A stretch of 9,186 bases of DNA from Geosiphon pyriformis uo1 (GCA_016748015.1 JAAOMT010000075.1:1-9186), one strand, 5' to 3'. Numbered from the stretch's first letter, positions 1 through 8,268 are shown. Made by a program: numbers and translations. The notes: generated from the letters alone by a model not told the origin.

Positions 1-546
1 TTTTTGCTTATTGATTAATTTTAATAATAAAAAATAATATTTGAATTTTTTTATTAATTAAAAACAAATTATTGTTTTTTATAATGTGTTAAAAATCAAG
101 TTATTAAATTTTATTTAATTATACAGTTTTTAAATTTAATAATTTAATTTTTTAAGCTAATAATTAAACTTGTTTTATTTTTTAATTTTTTAATAATTAT
201 TATTAAAAATTTGTTATTGTAATTTTTAAATTCAAAAAAATACTCAACAATATTATTTTTAAAATTAATATCTTGTAAAAAAGTTGTATTTTTAGTAAAT
301 ATTTATTTATAAAAATTAATATAAAAATTAAAAAAATTAAAATTAATAATAAAAAATTGTTAATTAAAAATTAATTTTGTTTAAATAATACTTTTTTATA
401 ATTATTAAAAGACTTAATTTATATTTTTTAAAATTATAATTAAAAAAAATTAAAAAGATTATTATTATTATTATTATTATTAATTTTAATGCTTAAAAAG
501 TTTTTTGAAAATAAAAATTATCAAACATTTTTTAAAATGCTTTTTG
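1..546. other. Ultra-AT-rich, unidentifiable low-complexity DNA (probably end-stage decayed repeat)
   Basis: Roughly 90% A+T by eye, no CpG, no recognisable coding signal. Confidence 0.5.
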
Positions 547-746
547 TAAATAATAAAAACACAAAACAGTTTTTAATTATTGATAAAACACTTTTTTTAA
601 CTTTAAATAAAAGTTTTTTTCATCTAAAATTCTTTTTAAATAAATTATTAAAGCTAATTTTATGTAATTATTATTATTATAAAAAGTTTAAAAATATTTA
701 ATAACAAATCAAATACTATTTTTTTAATAACTTTTTTTATTATTTA
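547..746 (+). repeat. Left arm of inverted duplication (partner 6967-7135)
   Basis: 547-643 matches the reverse complement of the right arm with 3 mismatches in 97 nt; similarity continues to 746 with gaps. Confidence 0.95.
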
Positions 747-1110
747 TAATTTTAGTATTAATTAATATTACTATAGTCTTATTTAAATTGATTACTATAT
801 TATTAATCTTAAAAATCTCATTAGCAATATTCAAAATATTTTGTATAGCTATATAACTATTATTAATTCAGATTATGTCATTAATAAAAACACTAACAGC
901 CAAAAACAAAGTAAAATCCTATTAAATTTAATTTTATTAATTTTTGTCACAAATTTAGAGTTGACAAAAAAAATTTATACTTGTTTATTTTACACAAAAA
1001 AAAGTTATAAAAATTTTTTTACAAAAGAGAAAAATTTTTTTACTTTAATTTAAGCTATTATAAACTTTATACTTAATAAACAAATTAAATTTTATTAAAT
1101 TTTTATTAAT
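747..1110 (-). mobile_element. Degenerate non-LTR (LINE) retrotransposon reverse-transcriptase fragment
   Basis: Minus-strand translation gives YKVYNSLN*SKKNFSLL*KNFYNFFLCK (decayed G..QG...SPLLW..FYDPLLC motif, 1042-1056 core) and AVSVFINDII*INNSYIAIQNILNIANEIFKINNIVINLNKTIV (decayed FVDD catalytic motif at 877-888 followed by IN..KT). Most differences from the motif are explained by G>A/C>T. Boundaries are approximate. Confidence 0.75.
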
Positions 1111-1680
1111 ATAATTATGTGTTTTTTATATGTAATCAATTATTTGAGTCAGTTAAAACATTAATTAAGCTAAACCAAAAGGAGCTGGAAGTAAATACTA
1201 TTTAAATTTTTAAAATCAAAATAAATTTACTTAAAAACAATCTAATTTTTTTAATACTATTTTTAACTTTAAAATCACATATTTGTTATAAAGTAATCAT
1301 ATAGTTATATGTTTTTTTATTCAAAAAATATGTTTTGACAGTACTTAAATTATTATTATTTTACTAAAGATTTTTGGTTTTTTTTCTTAAATATTGTTGT
1401 TATTGTTTTGCTGTTAATTCTGAATTATTAAAAGCTAGTGAATTTCTAATAACTGAATTTATTTTTAAATTATCTTCTATAATTTAAACTGCTGGGCTTA
1501 TAAATAGAATGACCAATTTTATGTTAGTTATTTGTATAATTATTTTGTAATAAAAGTCAATTCTTTTCCAAAAATTGCTTATTTAAAAGCTTACTAAAAA
1601 TGTATAGTTACTTTGCTGTAAAAATCAACTTTTTTACAAAAATTCTATTTGTAAACTATCTTAATGTTTTTAATAAAAAA

Positions 1681-1711
1681 ATAAAAGAAAATAAAAGAAA
1701 TATAAAAGAAA
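1681..1711. repeat. Short tandem repeat (ATAAAAGAAA)x3
   Basis: Seen directly; forms a pyrimidine-rich leader on the minus strand. Confidence 0.7.
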
Positions 1712-1751
1712 AAAAATTTGGTTAAACAAATTATTTTTTGTTTAGATCTGA

Positions 1752-2272
1752 TGTTACTAACAAATTATTGAAATTAATAGCTAAATAATTTTAAAACATT
1801 AATTGAATTTTGGGAAACTTTAAATACAATTAATTAATAAACTTATTGTTCTAAAGTATTGTTTTATTGAATTATAAAAGTAAAATATTCTGAAATAAAA
1901 TATATTTTCTTAAAGAAAAAAGCTCTTTTTTTATACAACTTGTTATAATATTAGTCTATAAACTTGAATTTTTTTTAATATGATTTCGATAAATAAAAAT
2001 ATATTTTAATGAATTACAAGTTGTTTTTATAAACTATGAATAATTTCAGTAAACTATTAAGAAATTTCGATGAATTTTTGAATATTATAGAGTTTAAAGT
2101 ATTGTATAATCTAATTATTATAATTATATATTATACAAATTAGATTATTAATATTTAATAATTTAATTAAATAATAAGTAATAATTAAAATAATACTAAT
2201 ATATACTAATTAATGATAGAAATTATAAGAGTAATTTTATATTAATTAATTGCTAAAATTCTACTGGTAACA
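1752..2272 (-). mobile_element. Complete 521-bp long terminal repeat (family A; 3' LTR)
   Basis: On the minus strand it begins TGTTACCAG and ends TTAGTAACA (TG..CA, perfect 6-bp terminal inverted repeat). TATAAAA (1929-1935) is followed by AATAAA (1863-1868), and it is immediately preceded by a purine tract. Confidence 0.75.
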
Positions 2273-2494
2273 TAATCTTCTTTTTAAGACTGAACTTTAT
2301 TGAAATTTAAGTACTATCTATAATATCCAAATAATAATCCAAGATTATTGAATAGATTATAGAGTCTAAAAACTGCTCTGAGTTTGTAGTAAACATTTGT
2401 TGATTTAGTTGTTCTTTTAAATTTGTTGTGGATTTGTTTTTATATGATTTTTAGAATAAAATTAATTACTTTGAGTTTTAATTTTCATTGGTAT
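2273..2494 (-). mobile_element. 3' internal end of family-A LTR element: decayed ORF end plus polypurine tract
   Basis: Reading ...NVYYKLRAVFRLYNLFNNLGLLFGYYR*YLNFNKVQS* ends at TAA 2284-2286, then AAAAAGAAGATTA abuts the TGT of the LTR. It is cut at 2494 by the family-B insertion. Confidence 0.55.
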
Positions 2495-4290
2495 TATTAC
2501 TTATAAAAAAATAAGAATTATAATAAGTAAAAAAATAACCAATAAGAAATTAACATAGTAAAAAAAAATTATAAGATTTTTTTTAAGGAATTTCAGAATT
2601 TCAAGATTTTTCTCAAAGAATTATAAAATTGCAAAATTTCAGAATTCTAAAATTATTTTTAAAAAATTAAAGAATTTTAAAGAATCTTATATAATGAGAA
2701 AAATTTATATATAGTAATAGTATTAAAAACAAAAAAAATAGTCAATTAAATTCAGACAAATTTTAACTGATAAGTAATTAAATATTTTTTTTTTTAAAAG
2801 TTAGTTTTCTATACTTTGAAATAAAATTATCTAAATATTAAATAAAATTATTATTTATTATCTAATTTATATTATTTATATTATTAGATTAATATTGTTA
2901 TTTCTCAATTTAATTAGCAACTTATGTTAATAATATCTATTACTTAATTATATTAGAACAATAGCTCTTAATTATGACTCTTAACAGAATATTAATTTTT
3001 TATTTTTTATTTTTTATTATCTTGATTTGTTTTTTTGTTGTTTACTAATTAATTAAAAAATTAAGTATTAAAATATTAATATTAAGAATAGTTTGGTAAA
3101 AAACTCATGAAACAAAAAAAATAAACTTGGAAAAAAGAATAACTTATTAGAAAAACATAACTGTTAAATTAAACTAGTTACTATATTAAAATTAGAAAAA
3201 AATTATTACTGACTTTCTATCTATTATACAAAGAACTTAACTAAATTTTTCAGATCACAAAAATTTTCAAAAATCAACAGAACTAGCAGCTATTAAGCAT
3301 TAAATTATGAATTTGTTATTTATTCCAATACCCTAAATAATCATCTATAATATTTAGTGCTCTCTATAAGGTATAATTTAACAAAAAACAAAGCACTATT
3401 ATTAACCATCTGGAAAAGTGGCAAATCAAGAAATCATAAGAAAAAATCACTTAAAATTTATAAAATCTTTATTTTAATATTACCAAACTTATTTTGGATT
3501 AATAAATAATTATTGACCAGCAGAATCAGTTTTTAACATTTATGTTAATAAAAAAATTATACACTATTTAAGAGGCCAAAAAAATCCAAAAACTATTATC
3601 AAAAATTTTTACAGTGAGCTATTACAATACATCAATCTTTTATAAAATTATAGTTTTGTCTCAATAATTACAGAAATTAATTACAAGATTGAAAACTATA
3701 CTAAACAAAGATTTTTTATTATTTTTACTGACAAAAAAAAAGAGAAGTTACAAACTTTAGTAAAAATCTCAATAAAAATACAACTGTTTATTTGGAAAAA
3801 ACCAAAAATTGTTTTGTTTATTAATCTATTATATTATCACACATCTGAAAGCACCATCCAGATAATATTAATAGTTATATTTACAATAAAAACACTATTA
3901 GTATGAGTACTATTTCAAAATAAACAAAAAAAAACCAAATTATTAAGAATTTATGACAATTTTTTTGAAGGATTTAAATTGCAATCAACAATACCATTAG
4001 GACTTTAATTATTACCATTTCAACCAAATTTCGAATCTACCAGTTATTAAAAAAACACTGAATCAGAAAAAAAAAAGACAACAATCAGAGAAATAATAAT
4101 CAAAACTCAATTTTAAATAATTTAAAAGTTCAAACTCTAATTGTTCAAACTCCACAAAATCTGAACAATTTAAACTTACTCCTATTTTTTAGCAAAACTT
4201 ACTTCCAGTTATTGTGATTAATTCACTAGTTGCATTAATTATCACACAACAACAACAATTTTAACAACAACTACAATAATAACAACTTAT
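2495..4290 (+). mobile_element. Family-B LTR retrotransposon, copy 1: 5' LTR, T-rich leader and decayed N-terminal gag-region ORF, truncated at a poly-Q tract
   Basis: Starts TATTAC (TG>TA decayed terminus) and has 8-bp GAATTTCA-type repeats, TATATA (~2706) and AATAAA (~2841). Frame +1 from 3481 to ~4077 has only 5 stops (3514, 3643, 3904, 4006, 4048) in ~199 codons, each reachable by C>T or G>A (YQTYFGLINNY*PAESVFNIYVN..; FFEGFKLQST). A CAA-repeat poly-Q lies at ~4245-4290. Ty3/Gypsy affinity is from recall; no RT or integrase is present, and the LTR 3' end is not fixed (~2990). Confidence 0.65.
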
Positions 4291-4307
4291 ATTAATAATA
4301 TATGCAT

Positions 4308-5182
4308 TATTAGAGATGATTATTTAAGATGTTAGAACAAATAACAAATTTGTAACTTGGTGCTCAATAGCTGGGAATGTTGGTAATTTCTGAAGAATTT
4401 AGAGTCTGAAGGTTTTTGTTAAGTTTTTTGTATAATAAACAAAAATTCAATTGATGGTTTTTTCTGTAAATTTTTTTTTTAGTGTAATAACCAGTTTATT
4501 TTGACAGTTGTGCTCTTCTGGTAAGTTATTCTTAAGTTTTCTACTCTTGTTCCTAGGTCTTTTATTAGGCTATTTTTAATATTAAATACTTAATGTTTAA
4601 TTCTTTTAATTAATTAGTAAACAACAAAAAAATGAAACAAAAAAAAATAAAAATAAAAAATTTGTATCTTATTAATAGCTGTAATCAAAAGTTATTGGTT
4701 TAGTATGGTTAAGTATTAGATTTTATTAACATAGAATGTTGAAAAAGTAAAATGGATTAATATTTCTTTAATCAAGTAATAATAATAAATAATTTTATTA
4801 ATATAGAAATAATTCTACTTTAAGTTATAAAAAACTATCTTTTAAAAGAAGGGGTATTGTTGTTTTAAACTGAATTAAATTTTATTTATTCTATTGAATT
4901 CTTCTGGAATTATTTTTTCTGTTTTTAATATTTTTGCTATATATACATAATTTATGTTATACAAGATTCTTTGAAATCTTTCAATTTTTTTAAAAAAAAT
5001 TTTGGAATTTTGGAATTTTAGAATTCTGTAATTCTTTAAGAGGAATTCTGAAATTCTGAAATCCTGTAATTTTTTGAGAGAAATCCTAAAATTTTGAAAT
5101 TCTGCAATTTTTTTTTTTACTATACCTATTTCTAATTGGCTATTTTATCTATTATTATAATTTTTAATTTCTATAAGTAATA
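4308..5182 (-). mobile_element. Family-B LTR retrotransposon, copy 2: 5' LTR, leader and first ORF codons, opposite orientation
   Basis: Reverse complement aligns with 2495-3352 along its length, with indels. It has the same TATTAC start, 8-bp repeats, TATA, AATAAA and TTTTTTGTTGTTTACTAATTAATTAAAA leader. Peptide PAIEHQVTNLLFV corresponds to AAIKH*IMNLLFI in copy 1. Confidence 0.7.
5003..5105 (-). repeat. Imperfect 8-bp tandem repeats (GAATTTCA/GAATTCCA) in U3 of family-B LTR; counterpart at ~2588-2650
   Basis: Repeated ggaatttt/gaaattct units; copy number differs between the two LTR copies. Confidence 0.75.
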
Positions 5183-6030
5183 GTGCATAGTCTCAGCTAA
5201 TATACCAATCAAAATCTCTTTTAATACCACAGTCCAATTTAAATGCCCAGTAAATTTCTTAAGATTAATGTTTACCAGAATTTTTGCACTCTAAGTCTTA
5301 TTAGTAGTTTGCTTTAAACTTGATTCAGAAATAAACATTGCTTTAATAATTCCAGCAAATTTTGATGGAATAGATGCCTTCTTAAAATTATTAATTCCTG
5401 AAAACAGTTTTTTAATTATTATACACTTCTTTTAAGATGTTTTTTCAGCAATTTTGTTTAATCTAATATCTAAAGTAAAAGACTTTTTGACAAAAACATT
5501 GACCAAATTTTTAAGAGAAAAAGGAGCATTGAAAAAGCATTCAAAAAAACATTATCATCATTATTATTTAAGAAATTAATTTTCTTTAATGGTTTTTTTA
5601 ATGCTTTTTTGGTTTTTATCCATAAATTTTTTGGTGTTTGGTTAAAATTTACCTTAGCAGAAACATTATTTTTACCATAGTCAATACTGATTTTTTTAAT
5701 TAAATACTCTGCTTTTATGTTAACATTATTAAATTTGGTAAAATTACTAGTCTCTAAGCTTTAAGAACAACTACTTAATTTCTTGACAGAAATTTTTCTG
5801 TTGTTAATATTATCTTTTAAAACACTATTTTTCTTTTTTTTCTTAATATAATAGGTTTGATATTAATACTAAAACCAGAATCTTTAATAGACTTTTTTAT
5901 AATAGTAATATTAAAGCCAATAGTAATCTTGTAATTAAGCAGAAATAGTTTGAATTTATTATACTGAATGATTAAAACTTTTTTTCAATAAATGTACTTT
6001 TTTTGTGAATTTTAGATATAAGAAAGAAAG
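5183..6030 (-). mobile_element. Degenerate LINE 5' end / ORF1 fragment, interrupted at the start of an RRM-like domain
   Basis: Bases 5183-5506 read 108 codons with 2 stops (KSFTLDI..KKLFSGINNFKKASIPSKFAGIIKAMFISE..ILVNINLKK..TVVLKEILIGILAETMH), and 5520-5820 reads ~100 codons with 1 stop. VVLKEI.G..E resembles RRM beta1-alpha1, typical of LINE ORF1p. Family assignment is by recall and the 5' boundary is approximate. Confidence 0.6.
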
Positions 6031-6966
6031 AAATTTTATATTTATACAAATTTAATTAGGTTTAATATAAAATAAATAAACTAAATAAAATTTATTTTTA
6101 AAACTAAAAAATATAAAAAATATAAAAAATTAGATAATTAATTAAAAATTTTTACATAAAATAATATTTTGTAAAAAAAAGTTTTATTATTAAAAATATA
6201 TTAGATAAATATATTAATAAGCAAACTTTTTTTAATCTGTTAACTAATTCAAAAAAAAATTAAAATTATTATTTAAGTTTTAATATTAATTTATAAAAAC
6301 CAAAAATAATAGCTTATTAATTTGAATATTAAATTTTACAATTATTATTTTATTTTATATTATTTTAAATATTATAACAGATATAATTTTATTTATATTT
6401 TACTATTATATATTATCTATTTAATCTTTAAGTTCAAAGAATCAATTAGTAAATTAAAATTGAAGCTTAATTTTAATTTAATTTTTTGTATAAACTATAG
6501 AATAAAAACTTTTTTAAAATATTTTCTATTAACAATAATTTTTAAAAAAAAATTAATTTTTATTTAATTAAATTAAATAAATAAATAAATTAAAAAATAT
6601 ATAAAAAATATAATTTGTTTTGTTTTTAAAAATAGTAATAATTAATTAAAATTTAATATATTAACAACTTAATTATGTATTAATTAAAATTTTAATAAAC
6701 ATAATTATTACTATTATTATTTATAAAAAAAGAATTATTTACAACTAAATTTAAATTAAGTATTATAATTGATACAACTATTATAAAATTAATATAAATA
6801 TTAGAAAAATTAAGTAAAACAAATATTTTATTTTTTATAAAAGAAAATATAAAATATAAAATAAAATATTAATTTAAAAAATACCAAAAAAAATATTTTT
6901 TTGATATTATAAAAGAATTAATACTTCAAAATTAAGAAAAAAAATAGCTTTTGTTTTTTATTTATT
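6031..6966. other. Ultra-AT-rich, unidentifiable low-complexity DNA (probably end-stage decayed repeat)
   Basis: Roughly 90% A+T by eye, no CpG; composition resembles 1-546. Confidence 0.5.
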
Positions 6967-7135
6967 TAAATAATAAAAAAAGTTATTAAAAAAAATAGTA
7001 TTTGGCTATTTAAACTTTTTATAATAATAATAATTAGCTTATTTAAAAAGAATTCTATATGAAAAAAACTTTTATTTAAAGTCAAAAAAAGTGTTTTATC
7101 AATAATTAAAAACTGTTTTGTGTTTTTATTATTTA
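6967..7135 (-). repeat. Right arm of inverted duplication (partner 547-746), 31 nt shorter
   Basis: Direct alignment by eye. The shared peptide NNKNTKQFLIIDKTLFLTLNKSFFH in track ORFs 489..701 and 6966..7148 reflects it. Confidence 0.95.
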
Positions 7136-7210
7136 TGGTGCAGATCATTTATAGTCATCAAACAATTTATATAATTTTAAATTGTATCTAGTCTTCCAAT
7201 TTTAATAATA

Positions 7211-7280
7211 TTAAAAAACTAAACCGTAAATATAATAGATTAAGTTCTTCTCTTTCACATTTACGGTTTAATTTTTTGAA
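7211..7280 (-). other. Imperfect hairpin downstream of the RSC-like gene
   Basis: Perfect 12-bp core TAAACCGTAAAT (7220-7231) / ATTTACGGTTTA (7259-7270), extendable to ~29 bp with an 11-nt loop. Confidence 0.6.
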
Positions 7281-7354
7281 TTATAATATATTTTATAAAG
7301 TTATTAAAGTTTAAAATTAGCCACTTTTATTATTAATCTTTAATTTTCGGATGC

Positions 7355-7410
7355 CGATCAATCAGATTTTAGCCAATCAGCAATCATTAAAGTCACGTTA
7401 CCACGTGATA
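7355..7410. promoter_or_regulatory. Promoter-like motif cluster: CCAAT box plus E-box dyad
   Basis: AGCCAATCAG (7371-7380, NF-Y/Hap consensus), CAATCA x3 (7359, 7374, 7381), and TCACGT-N4-ACGTGA dyad (7393-7408) containing CACGTG. Function is not demonstrated. Confidence 0.45.
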
Positions 7411-7474
7411 AATCATCAAAGTATTATCATTTTCAGAAAGGCTTTCAATTAATATTAATCTAATCTTTAGATGG

Positions 7475-7902
7475 TCACTTTTTTATAAAGATATAATATC
7501 TCTCGGCCTGCGTGTCTTCTGCTGGTGACACGGCACCATTAACCATGAATATTCCATTCACACCACCACCATATTCGGTTGTCATTATTGGAACAGAAAC
7601 CCAGATATCAATATTGTTCACACCAGGCGTCAAAGGAATCGTAAAAGTACTATGAGCGATTGTCGGAGAATTTGGGAATGTCATTCGCGCTCTATTTGTG
7701 ACCTTGCGTCCTTCTCGATAAACATCGAGAACAACCGGCTTTGGTGCTGGGAGCAGCAGATTTGAGGCAAGAATTGGAATGACTGTGACGTGATTGGCTG
7801 TCGGCCCAAGAGTAATACTGTGGGCGAAATGTTTGGTATTAAGAGACATTGCAAAAGATCGATCACTCGCCCCAACTCCTATACCTTGAAGCAAGGGCGC
7901 GG
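7475..7902 (-). CDS. Terminal exon, beta-rich (Ig-like, Rsc4-C-terminus-like) domain: APLLQGIGV...ERYYIFIKK*
   Basis: Longest ORF in the window, GC- and CpG-rich, with stop at 7475-7477. An in-frame TGA lies just upstream, so it must be spliced. A phase-compatible but atypical GAG acceptor is at 7903-7905. The domain assignment is from recalled similarity (HSITL..VTVIPIL; FTIPLTPGVNNIDI; ERYYIFI). Confidence 0.75.
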
Positions 7903-7978
7903 CTCAAAATTTATGAAAAAAATTAATGCAATTAATTTTTTAATAAATGGACTCTGCGGTAAATTATAGATGGCTTAC

Positions 7979-8076
7979 CTTTTTTTGCAGCATCATATAC
8001 GTAACATATGTTCTTCAATGACTGATGTTTTGAACACTTCTTTTTCGTGAAATTTTAGGAATAGATTGTGTTCCGT
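7979..8076 (-). CDS. Exon H, BAH: TEHNLFLKFHEKEVFKTSVIEEH/CYVYDAAKK(G)
   Basis: CAG acceptor at 8077-8079 and GTAAGC donor; F.E.EVFKT motif. The frame hits TGA at 7993-7995 unless shifted at 8007, where CYV resumes. Confidence 0.8.
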
Positions 8077-8146
8077 CTGATGAGAGAAATGATTAAAAGC
8101 TTAAAAATGTAAAGCATAAGAGTAGTATTCATGATTAAAAATTAAC

Positions 8147-8192
8147 TTGATCAGGTCTGAAAAAAAAAGAACCCGCAAATCGTTTTTGCAAT
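8147..8192 (-). CDS. Exon G, BAH: LQKRFAGSFFFRPDQ
   Basis: TAG acceptor at 8193-8195 and GTTAAT donor; RP.QT.H motif spans the junction with exon H. Confidence 0.8.
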
Positions 8193-8268
8193 CTATGAGA
8201 GGTAAGAAACAGTAAGCAACTTTGAAAATTTTGACCAGTATCATTTTTATTATAATGTGGATACTTAC

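Noticed and set aside
489-701. Track ORF 70 aa and its twin 6966..7148
   Set aside because: Low-complexity F/L/K/N products of AT-rich DNA; they share sequence only because of the inverted duplication.
490-746. Possible MULE transposase relic on the minus strand (KKVFYQ*LKTVLCFYYLQKAF, like VF...LC.xH..A)
   Set aside because: Too decayed and short to support without a consensus or HMM search.
841-1053. Track ORF 70 aa on + strand
   Set aside because: Antisense shadow of the minus-strand RT relic.
1140-1290. Stop-poor minus-strand stretch (SSSFWFSLINVLTD), possibly another LINE piece
   Set aside because: No diagnostic motif, and the order relative to the RT fragment is unclear.
2102-2147. 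Nested short inverted repeats (TAATCTAATT/AATTAGATTA) inside LTR A
   Set aside because: Expected by chance at about 90% AT.
2492-5185. CACTA/EnSpm or other long-TIR DNA transposon (right end reads CACTA on the minus strand, left TATTA)
   Set aside because: No TSD. CAC is an in-frame codon of the interrupted LINE ORF1 and TA is the decayed TG of the LTR. The arms contain TATA, AATAAA, a leader and an ORF start like LTR 5' halves.
6322-6567. Track ORF 81 aa, hydrophobic (could suggest an organellar membrane protein)
   Set aside because: Only AT-codon residues, TTG start and no motif. The flanking spliceosomal gene and retroelements indicate nuclear DNA.
7681-7875. Track ORF 64 aa
   Set aside because: Alternative frame inside the terminal exon.
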